Part shown: positions 1-7,173 of the stretch, piece after piece | Layout: each line of letters starts with the position of its first letter | How positions within the stretch are numbered: position 1 is the stretch's first letter | DNA from: a virus | Lineage: Duplodnaviria > Heunggongvirae > Uroviricota > Caudoviricetes | DNA: 7,173 bases | IMG/VR virus record: IMGVR_UViG_2687453466_000006 | Direction: 5' to 3' (one strand) | Program-made: the position numbers and the translations under genes | Notes under the pieces: generated by a model | What the model was told of the DNA's origin: nothing | Seen by the model: only the letters and a program-made list of their open reading frames with translations | Database searches by the model: none

Positions 1-54
1 CATCCAACCGCAGCATGTTCTTGCTTAAGACGTGCTGCGGCATAATCCCAATGA

Positions 55-798
55 TTACTCCCTGACAGGGTTCGTAGGCCACTCAATATCAGGTGCAGTT
101 GATGTATCAACACGGTTCAGCAACACCCGATATTTTTTCCAGGCTTCCAGCAATGAGGTTTCTTCCTCCGTTGCGATTTCCAGATCTACAGCATCCTGAA
201 GTGGCGCAATATGCTCACTGGCTACCTGCATCAGGCTGTTTTTTGTTTCTTCCGCCTCCCGAATCCGGAACAGTTTTTCTGCTTCTGCATCTTTCACCCA
301 GGCTGTACCGTTCCACTTCTGAAACTCCCCTTCCGGCGATAACCAGGTAACATTTTCCGGTAACGGACCGAGTTCAGAAATAAATAACGCGTCCCCTGAC
401 GCTACGTCATAAACCGTTTTACCCCGATGATCTTCAACGAGATGCCACGATGACTCATCACTGTTGAAAACAGCCACGAAGCCAGCTGGAATAAGGGTGT
501 TGCGCTGCTTATGCTCTATAAAGTAGGCATAAACACCCAGCAGCATTTTGGAATAACCGACACGGGCAGACTTCACCACATTCACCTCACGGATGTAGTC
601 GCTGCCCATCGCATTCATGATGGCCCGCTGAAAGGGCAGTGTTTCCCAGCGCCCTTCCTGGTATGCGGATTCTTTCGGGAGATAGTAATTAGCATCCGCC
701 CATTCAACGGCGGTCTGTGGCTCCGGCCTGAACAGTGAGCGAAGCCCGGCGCGGACAAAATGCCGCAGCCTGTTAACCTGACTGTTCGATATATTCAC
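55..798 (-). CDS. Chimeric prophage-remnant ORF (247 aa): terminase large subunit (lambda gpA-like) N-terminal ~103 aa fused in frame to tail-fibre assembly protein (lambda Tfa-like) C-terminal ~144 aa; probably a pseudogene
   Basis: ORF track 55..798 minus. ATG at 798..796, TAA at 57..55. Residues 1-103 ([18 protein letters not shown]...EHKQRNTLI) match the lambda gpA N-terminus as I remember it; residues 104-247 ([12 protein letters not shown]...[11 protein letters not shown]) match the lambda Tfa C-terminus. Junction at about nt 487-492. The start overlaps the upstream Nu1 gene by 26 nt (773..798), as in lambda Nu1/A. Resembles the adjacent aaaD/tfaD pseudogene pair of K-12 DLP12. Confidence 0.8.
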   Translation of the reverse strand: MNISNSQVNRLRHFVRAGLRSLFRPEPQTAVEWADANYYLPKESAYQEGRWETLPFQRAIMNAMGSDYIREVNVVKSARVGYSKMLLGVYAYFIEHKQRNTLIPAGFVAVFNSDESSWHLVEDHRGKTVYDVASGDALFISELGPLPENVTWLSPEGEFQKWNGTAWVKDAEAEKLFRIREAEETKNSLMQVASEHIAPLQDAVDLEIATEEETSLLEAWKKYRVLLNRVDTSTAPDIEWPTNPVRE

Positions 799-1318
799 TC
801 AGCAACCCCGGTATCAGTTCATCCAGCGCGGCTGCTTTGTTCATGGCTTTGATGATATCCCGTTTCAGGAAATCAACATGTCGGTTTTCCAGTTCCGGAA
901 AACGCCGCTGCACCGACAGGGGGATCCCGTCGAGAATACTGGCAATTTCACCTGCGATCCGCGACAGCACGAAAGTACAGAATGCGGTTTCCACCACTTC
1001 AGCGGAGTCTCTGGCATTTTTCAGCTCCTGTGCATCGGCCTGCGCACGCGTAAGTCGATGGCGTTCGTACTCAATAGTCCCTGGCTGGAGATCTGTCTCG
1101 CTGGCCTGCAGCAGTTCTTCAACCTCCCGGCGCAGCTTTTCGTTCTCAATTTCAGCATCCCTTTCGGCATACCATTTTATGACGGCGGCAGAGTCATAAA
1201 GCACCTCATTACCCTTGCCACCGCCTCGCAGAACGGGCATTCCCTGTTCCTGCCAGTTCTGAATGGTACGGATACTCGCACCGAAAATGTCAGCCAGCTG
1301 CTTTTTGTTGACTTCCAT
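773..1318 (-). CDS. nohD: Terminase small subunit, lambda Nu1 homolog (181 aa)
   Basis: ORF track 773..1336 minus begins at a TTG; the first ATG (1318..1316) gives [39 protein letters not shown]..., which I recognise as near-identical to lambda Nu1 including its N-terminal helix-turn-helix region. Sits immediately downstream of a lambda-type cos site. Symbol is by resemblance to K-12 DLP12. Confidence 0.9.
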   Translation of the reverse strand: MEVNKKQLADIFGASIRTIQNWQEQGMPVLRGGGKGNEVLYDSAAVIKWYAERDAEIENEKLRREVEELLQASETDLQPGTIEYERHRLTRAQADAQELKNARDSAEVVETAFCTFVLSRIAGEIASILDGIPLSVQRRFPELENRHVDFLKRDIIKAMNKAAALDELIPGLLSEYIEQSG

Positions 1319-1545
1319 TGCACATTCCACGGACAAAAACAGAGAAAGGAAACGACAGAGGCCAAAAAGCTCGCTTTCAGCACCTGTCGTTTCCTTTCTT
1401 TTCAGGGGGTATTTTAAATAAATACATTAAGTTACGACGAAGAAGAACGGAAACACCTTAAACCGGAAAATTTTCATAAATAGCGAAAACCCGCGAGGTC
1501 GCCGCCCCGTAACCTGTCGGATCGCCGGAAAGGACCCACAAAATG
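1319..1545. other. Lambda-type cos packaging site (cosB with R-site-like motifs, cosN 12-nt cohesive-end sequence at 1496-1507, presumptive cosQ side at about 1508-1545)
   Basis: The reverse complement of 1381-1507 reads GGGCGGCGACCTCGCGGGTTTTCGCTATTTATGAAAATTTTCCGGTTTAAGGTGTTTCCG..., which is the lambda left end with a few substitutions (from memory). CGTTTCC-type motifs at 1348-1358, 1384-1394 and 1449-1457 sit where the lambda R1/R2/R3 Nu1-binding sites lie. Confidence 0.8.
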
Positions 1546-1706
1546 ATAATAATTATCATCTACATGTCACAACGTGCATCTACGCCATCAAACCACGTCA
1601 AATAATCAATTATGACGCAGGTATCGTATTAATTGATCTGCATCAACTTAACGTAAAAACAACTTCAGACAATACAAATCAGCGACACTGAATACGGGGC
1701 AACCTC

Positions 1707-1901
1707 ATGTCAACTAAGAACAGAACCCGCAGAACAACAACCCGCAACATCCGCTTTCCTAACCAAATGATTGAACAAATTAACATCGCTCTTGAGCAAA
1801 AAGGGTCCGGGAATTTCTCAGCCTGGGTCATTGAAGCCTGCCGTCGGAGGCTAACGTCAGAAAAGAGAGCATATACATCAATTAAAAGTGATGAAGAATG
1901 A
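1707..1901 (+). CDS. ylcI: Small conserved prophage protein, YlcI/YnfO-like (DUF3950), 64 aa; possible ribbon-helix-helix fold
   Basis: ATG at 1707 with a GGGG Shine-Dalgarno-like element 7 nt upstream. Basic N-terminus (KNRTRRTTTRN) followed by IRFP...MIEQINIALEQ...FSAWVIEACRRRL, which looks like a strand-helix-helix pattern. Same position relative to cos as in lambda and DLP12. Confidence 0.75.
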   Translation: MSTKNRTRRTTTRNIRFPNQMIEQINIALEQKGSGNFSAWVIEACRRRLTSEKRAYTSIKSDEE

Positions 1902-2065
1902 ACATCCCGCGTTCTTCCCTCCGAACAGGACGATATTGTAAATTCACTTAATTACGAGGGCATTGCAGTAATTGAGTTGCAGTTTTACCACTTTCCTGAC
2001 AGTGACAGACTGCGTGTTGGCTCTGTCACAGGTTAAGTAGTTTGAATGATTAGCAGTTATGGTGA

Positions 2066-2272
2066 TCAGTCAACCACCAGGGAATAATCCTTCATATTAT
2101 TATCGTGCTTCACCAACGCTGCCTCAATTGCCCTGAATGCTTCCAGAGACACCTTATGTTCTATACATGCAATTACAACATCAGGGTAACTCATAGAAAT
2201 GGTGCTATTAAGCATATTTTTTACACGAATCAGATCCACGGAGGGATCATCAGCAGATTGTTCTTTATTCAT
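2066..2272 (-). CDS. ybcW: Small prophage protein of unknown function, YbcW-like (68 aa)
   Basis: ATG at 2272..2270 with GGAG 8 nt upstream on the minus strand. Translation [40 protein letters not shown]... is recognised as YbcW-like. Convergent with ylcI and divergent from ybcV. Confidence 0.75.
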
Positions 2273-2557
2273 TTTGTCGCTCCATGCGCTTGCTCTTCAT
2301 CTAGCGGTTAAAATATTACTTCAAATCTTTCTGTATGAAGGTTTGAGCACGTTGGCCTTACATACATCTGTCGGTTGTATTTCCCTCCAGAATGCCAGCA
2401 GGACCGCACTTTGTTACGCAACCAATACTATTAATTGAAAACATTCCTAATATTTGACATAAATCATCAACAAAACACAAAGAGGTCAGACCAGATTGAA
2501 GCGATAAAAACGATAATGCAAACTACGCGCCCTCGTATCACATGGAAGGTTTTACCA

Positions 2558-2968
2558 ATGGCTCAGGTTGCCATTTTTAAAGAAATATTCGATCAAGTGC
2601 GAAAAGATTTAAACTGTGAATTGTTTTATTCTGAACTAAAACGTCACAATGTCTCACATTATATTTACTATCTAGCCACAGATAATATTCACATTGTGTT
2701 AGAAAACGATAACACCGTGTTAATAAAAGGACTTAAAAAGGTTGTAAATGTTAAATTCTCAAGAAATACGCATCTTATAGAAACGTCCTATGATAGGTTG
2801 AAATCAAGAGAAATCACATTTCAGCAATACAGGGAAAATCTTGCTAAAGCAGGAGTTTTCCGATGGATTACAAATATCCACGAACATAAAAGATATTACT
2901 ATACCTTTGATAATTCATTACTATTTACTGAGAGCATTCAGAACACTACACAAATCTTTCCACGCTAA
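2558..2968 (+). CDS. ybcV: Prophage protein of unknown function, YbcV-like (DUF1398 family by recollection), 136 aa
   Basis: The ORF track extends to a TTG at 2435. I call the start at ATG 2558 ([19 protein letters not shown]...), which has GGAAGG 8-9 nt upstream. An in-frame ATG at 2516 has no Shine-Dalgarno element. Confidence 0.75.
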   Translation: MAQVAIFKEIFDQVRKDLNCELFYSELKRHNVSHYIYYLATDNIHIVLENDNTVLIKGLKKVVNVKFSRNTHLIETSYDRLKSREITFQQYRENLAKAGVFRWITNIHEHKRYYYTFDNSLLFTESIQNTTQIFPR

Positions 2969-3060
2969 ATCATAACGTCCGGTTTCTTCCGTGTCAGCAC
3001 CGGGGTGTTGGCATAATACAATACATGTACGCGCTAAACCCTGTGTGCATCGTTTTTAAT

Positions 3061-3125
3061 TATTCCCGGACACTCCCGCAGAGAAGTTCCCCGTCAGGGC
3101 TGTGGACATAGTTAATCCGGGAATA
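3061..3125. repeat. Pair of perfect 10-bp inverted repeats (TATTCCCGGA / TCCGGGAATA) separated by 45 bp, upstream of bor
   Basis: Arms at 3061-3070 and 3116-3125 by direct inspection. Lies in the 290-bp ybcV-bor intergenic region. Function unknown. Confidence 0.4.
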
Positions 3126-3258
3126 CAATGACGATTCATCGCACCTGGCATACATTAATAAATATTAACAATATGAAATTTCAACTCATTGTTTAGGGTT
3201 TGTTTAATTTTCTACACATACGATTCTGCGAACTTCAAAAAGCATCGGGAATAACACC

Positions 3259-3552
3259 ATGAAAAAAATGCTACTCGCTACTGCGCTGGCCCTGCTTATT
3301 ACAGGATGTGCTCAACAGACATTTACTGTTCAAAACAAACAGACAGCAGTAGCACCAAAGGAAACCATCACCCATCATTTCTTCGTTTCTGGAATTGGGC
3401 AGAAGAAAACTGTCGATGCAGCTAAAATTTGTGGCGGCGCAGAAAATGTTGTTAAAACAGAAACCCAGCAAACATTCGTAAATGGATTGCTCGGTTTTAT
3501 TACTTTAGGCATTTATACTCCGCTGGAAGCGCGTGTGTATTGCTCAAAATAA
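3259..3552 (+). CDS. borD: Bor outer-membrane lipoprotein (serum-resistance moron), 97 aa
   Basis: MKKMLLATALALLITGCAQQ... has a signal peptide with lipobox ITG|C. I recognise it as near-identical to lambda Bor. It is convergent with Rz, which is the lambda arrangement. Confidence 0.95.
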   Translation: MKKMLLATALALLITGCAQQTFTVQNKQTAVAPKETITHHFFVSGIGQKKTVDAAKICGGAENVVKTETQQTFVNGLLGFITLGIYTPLEARVYCSK

Positions 3553-3583
3553 TTGCATGAGTTGCCCATCGATATGGTCAGCT

Positions 3584-4045
3584 CTATCTGCACTGCTCAT
3601 TAATATACTTCTGGGTTCCTTCCAGTTGTTTTTGCATAGTGATCAGCCTCTCTCTGAGGGTGAAATAATCCCGTTCAGCGGTGTCTGCCAGTCGGGGGGA
3701 GGCTGCATTATCCACGCCGGAGGCCGTGGTGGCTTCACGCACTGACTGACAGACTGCTTTGATGTGCAACCGACGACGACCAGCGGCAACATCATCACGC
3801 AGAGCATCATTTTCAGCTTTCGCATCAGCTAACTCCTTCGTGTATTTTGCATCGAGCGCAGCAACATCACGCTGACGCATCTGCATGTCAGTAATTGCCG
3901 CGTTCGCTAGCTTCAGTTCTCTGGCATTTTTGTCGCGCTGGACTTTGTAGGCGATTGCGTTATCACGGTAATGATTGACCGCCCATGACAGGCTGACGAT
4001 GATGCAGATAATCAGAGCGGATATAATCGCGGTTACTCTGCTCAC
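3584..4045 (-). CDS. rzpD: Spanin inner-membrane subunit (i-spanin) Rz, 153 aa
   Basis: Near-identical to lambda Rz ([10 protein letters not shown]...QKYINEQCR), with an N-terminal transmembrane segment. Start is placed at GTG 4045..4043, overlapping the endolysin TGA stop (GTGA), by analogy with the lambda ATGA overlap. An alternative GTG at 4057 would give 157 aa. Confidence 0.85.
3643..3825 (-). CDS. rzoD: Spanin outer-membrane lipoprotein subunit (o-spanin) Rz1, 60 aa, embedded in the +1 frame of Rz
   Basis: ATG at 3825..3823. [24 protein letters not shown]... has lipobox VVG|C and a proline-rich C-terminus ([15 protein letters not shown]), near-identical to lambda Rz1. Lies entirely within Rz in a different frame. 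Confidence 0.85.
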   Translation of the reverse strand: MRKLKMMLCVMMLPLVVVGCTSKQSVSQCVKPPRPPAWIMQPPPDWQTPLNGIISPSERG

Positions 4046-4539
4046 TGTTGCCCCCACAAACAGACTTCACGCTCAATCTCACGACGAGTCATCAGGCCTT
4101 TCCATTGCTTACCGCCAGCGTATGTCCAGCGACGCAGCTGATCACATGCGCCTTTGATATCGCCCTGGTTTATTTTGCGAAGAAGCGTCGATGTTCTAAA
4201 ATTGCCAGCACCCACGTTGTAAACGAATGAGTAAAGAGCGCCGCGCGTTGTTTCCGGTATATCGACTTTGATATACGGGTTAATTTGTCTGGCGACAGTG
4301 GCAAGGTCTTTATTCAAGAGTGCTTTGCATTCTGCTTTGGTATACGTTTTACCGAGCATGATGTCTTTTCCGGTGTGTCCGTGACATACAGTCCATACAC
4401 CAACAATATCTTTGTATGGTATGTAGCTGACACCTTCCAGACCATCGTTACCACTTGGGCCAGTGATTAACACTGATGCTATAGCAATTGCTCCGCCACC
4501 AATAGCAGCAGCAACGGCTTTTCGTAATGATGGAGGCAT
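4042..4539 (-). CDS. rrrD: SAR (signal-anchor-release) endolysin, phage 21 R-type lysozyme, 165 aa
   Basis: ATG at 4539..4537. The N-terminus has a Gly/Ala-rich weakly hydrophobic segment ([18 protein letters not shown]) typical of SAR domains. E35, D44 and T50 are present at the catalytic triad positions of T4-lysozyme-like R21 (by recollection). Start overlaps the holin stop by 1 nt (TAATG). Confidence 0.93.
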
Positions 4540-4754
4540 TATTCACCTCTCGCAGCCTTGCGCTTATCTTCTTTAATCTTGAAATAAAGGTTTGTCAGGT
4601 ACGTCAGCAGGCCAAATACCAGGCTACCCAGCACACCTATTGCTGCCCACTGTGAGGGAGTGACTTTATCTAGCAGCTGTAAAAACCAGTACCCGGCACT
4701 ACCTGCTGAGGTGCCATAGGCGACACCCGTTGTTAACTTATCCATGGATTTCAT
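4539..4754 (-). CDS. essD: Class II holin (pinholin, phage 21 S-type), 71 aa with dual start Met1/Met4
   Basis: ATG at 4754..4752 and a second in-frame ATG at 4745..4743 (MKSMDK...), the S21 antiholin/holin dual-start arrangement. Two predicted transmembrane segments and a charged C-terminus ([13 protein letters not shown]). GAGGTGG Shine-Dalgarno-like sequence upstream. Confidence 0.9.
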
Positions 4755-4863
4755 AACCCCACCTCGCAGACAAAGCGGGTGTAAATTGAGGGAATACTAC
4801 GAAACGTAACAGACTCGGAGTCAGTGAATAACTCAGGTATTGGGTTATCAGCTAATATCGAGA

Positions 4864-4899
4864 CTCAAAAAATGGAAAAACCCGCTCGACGGCGGGTTT
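4864..4899 (-). terminator. Putative intrinsic terminator oriented toward the lysis genes (tR'-like)
   Basis: The minus strand reads AAACCCGC-CGTCGA-GCGGGTTT followed by TTCCATTTTTT: an 8-bp stem with a 5-bp GC core, a 6-nt loop and a U-rich tract. On the plus strand no T-tract follows it. Lies about 110 nt upstream of the holin start. Confidence 0.5.
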
Positions 4900-4943
4900 A
4901 AGCTGTGTGACGAAGTAACCACTCTTAACAGCATAACCAATTT

Positions 4944-4957
4944 TTTACGTACGTAAA
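4944..4957. repeat. Perfect 14-bp palindrome TTTACGTACGTAAA, 7 bp from the IS5 left end
   Basis: Self-complementary by direct inspection. Overlaps a weak sigma70-like candidate on the minus strand (TTTACG, 16 nt spacer, TATGCT). Confidence 0.4.
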
Positions 4958-4964
4958 CCACTAA

Positions 4965-4980
4965 GGAAGGTGCGAACAAG
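4965..4980. repeat. IS5 left terminal inverted repeat
   Basis: GGAAGGTGCGAACAAG; matches the right end in inverse orientation at 15 of 16 positions. Confidence 0.85.
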
Positions 4981-4987
4981 TCCCTGA

Positions 4988-6013
<1,026 letters not shown>

Positions 6014-6144
6014 AAACTGGGGATAACGCCTTAAATGGCGAAGAAACGGTCTAAATAGGCTGATTCAAGGCATTTACGGGAGAAAAAAATCGGCTCAAAC
6101 ATGAAGAAATGAAATGACTGAGTCAGCCGAGAAGAATTTCCCCG

Positions 6145-6160
6145 CTTATTCGCACCTTCC
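6145..6160. repeat. IS5 right terminal inverted repeat
   Basis: CTTATTCGCACCTTCC; reverse complement GGAAGGTGCGAATAAG. Confidence 0.85.
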
Positions 6161-7173
6161 TAGGGGATTTACCTGATGTCACTTTTGAAGAGGCCTGCCT
6201 AAGATGGCTTGAGGAAAAAGCTGATAAAAAATCTCTCGATTCAGATAAAAGCCGGATTGAGTTCTGGCTTGAACATTTTGAGGGTATAAGGCTTAAAGAT
6301 ATCTCGGAGGCAAAGATTTACTCTGCTGTAAGCAGAATGCATAACAGAAAGACGAAAGAAATATGGAAACAGAAAGTTCAGGCCGCCATCAGGAAAGGTA
6401 AAGAACTGCCTGTTTATGAACCAAAGCCAGTATCAACTCAGACAAAGGCAAAGCATCTTGCCATGATAAAGGCCATTCTCCGTGCTGCAGAACGCGACTG
6501 GAAGTGGCTGGAAAAAGCGCCTGTCATCAAGATACCAGCGGTCAGAAACAAGCGAGTCAGATGGCTGGAAAAGGAGGAAGCAAAACGCCTTATTGATGAG
6601 TGCCCCGAACCACTGAAATCTGTCGTCAAGTTTGCGCTGGCAACTGGTCTGAGAAAGTCGAACATCATAAATCTGGAATGGCAACAAATCGACATGCAGC
6701 GACGAGTTGCCTGGGTGAATCCAGAAGAGAGCAAATCAAACCGCGCCATTGGTGTGGCGCTGAACGATACCGCCTGTAAAGTGTTGCGTGATCAAATAGG
6801 CAAGCATCACAAATGGGTGTTTGTACATACCAAGGCGGCTAAGCGAGCAGATGGAACATCAACGCCTGCGGTCAGGAAGATGCGCATCGACAGCAAGACA
6901 TCATGGCTATCAGCTTGTCGTCGTGCAGGAATTGAAGATTTCCGTTTCCATGACCTCAGACACACCTGGGCAAGCTGGCTGATTCAGTCAGGCGTCCCAT
7001 TATCAGTGCTTCAGGAAATGGGCGGATGGGAGTCCATAGAAATGGTTCGTAGGTATGCTCACCTTGCGCCTAATCATTTGACAGAGCATGCGAGGAAAAT
7101 AGACGACATTTTTGGTGATAATGTCCCAAATATGTCCCACTCTGAAATTATGGAGGATATAAAGAAGGCGTAA
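6161..7173 (+). pseudogene. Phage-type tyrosine integrase, 5'-truncated by IS5 (N-terminal arm-binding region and start codon missing); longest ATG-initiated ORF is 6337..7173 (278 aa)
   Basis: The reading frame of ORF 6337..7173 stays open upstream to the IS5 boundary (in-frame stop only at 6115-6117, inside IS5), encoding ...[55 protein letters not shown], typical of an integrase core-binding domain, with no in-frame start codon. The C-terminal catalytic domain is intact: TGLRKSN (box I Arg), HDLRHTWAS (HxxR), [15 protein letters not shown] (Trp and catalytic Tyr). TAA at 7171-7173. Confidence 0.85.

Noticed and set aside
8-40. Imperfect hairpin (CCGCAGCA...TGCTGCGG, 8-bp stem with about 18-nt loop) downstream of the tfa-like stop
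   Set aside because: No U-rich tract follows on either strand and the loop is long. It is not a credible intrinsic terminator and may just be part of the next remnant gene beyond the window edge.
93-1417. ORFs 93..350(+), 511..738(+), 837..1199(+), 878..1417(+) and 1177..1383(-) overlapping the terminase/tfa chimera and Nu1
   Set aside because: They are antisense or out-of-frame shadow ORFs inside genes with strong homology-based calls. They have no convincing ribosome-binding sites and their translations are low-complexity (Ser/Arg/Cys-rich).
2105-2438. ORFs 2105..2311(+) and 2199..2438(+) overlapping ybcW and the ybcW-ybcV intergenic region
   Set aside because: Antisense to the recognised ybcW ORF or running through a divergent promoter region; no ribosome-binding site and no recognisable protein features.
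2435-2557. N-terminal extension of the ybcV-like ORF to a TTG at 2435 (177 aa)
   Set aside because: Position 2435 is a TTG with no Shine-Dalgarno element, whereas ATG 2558 has GGAAGG upstream and gives the expected 136-aa protein. The extension is most likely untranslated leader.
3553-3583. Possible bidirectional terminator between convergent bor and Rz (CCAT-CGAT-ATGG around an ATCGAT core)
   Set aside because: Only a 4-bp stem is present here and there are no flanking T-tracts. It may be a degraded version of a longer palindrome in lambda (a recollection I cannot verify) and is too weak to call.
3271-4470. ORFs 3271..3471(-), 3533..3745(+), 3975..4157(+), 4048..4230(+) and 4285..4470(+)
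   Set aside because: All are antisense to bor, Rz or the endolysin, which are confidently identified. The only embedded gene accepted is Rz1 (3643..3825), which has a lipobox and near-identity to lambda Rz1.
4900-4960. Candidate sigma70 late promoter on the minus strand (TTTACG, 16 nt, TATGCT)
   Set aside because: The hexamers match consensus poorly (about 3/6 and 4/6), so it is not listed as a feature. It is kept only as a hypothesis in the late-leader finding.

Overview
This window is a decayed lambdoid cryptic prophage, read antiparallel to the usual lambda map, and its gene set closely resembles the E. coli DLP12 element. All identifications come from reading the sequence and ORF translations and recognising them from memory; no database search was run and the strain is unknown. 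I do not see evidence for a previously undescribed system. Left to right: an in-frame chimeric ORF (terminase large-subunit N-terminus fused to tail-fibre-assembly C-terminus, minus strand), the Nu1-type small terminase gene (minus), a lambda-type cos site, three small accessory ORFs (ylcI-like +, ybcW-like -, ybcV-like +), the bor lipoprotein gene (+), and a phage-21-type lysis cassette on the minus strand (Rz with embedded Rz1, SAR endolysin, dual-start pinholin). This is followed by a short leader with an intrinsic terminator, a complete IS5 carrying insH with no matching target-site duplication, and a tyrosine integrase gene cut at its 5' end by IS5 and ending at the window edge. There are no rRNA, tRNA or CRISPR features. 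The points most worth a second look are the rearrangement junctions (the terminase/tfa fusion and the IS5 junction that joins the late-gene leader to a truncated integrase), the orphan cos site, and the retention of an apparently intact lysis module in an otherwise gutted prophage.
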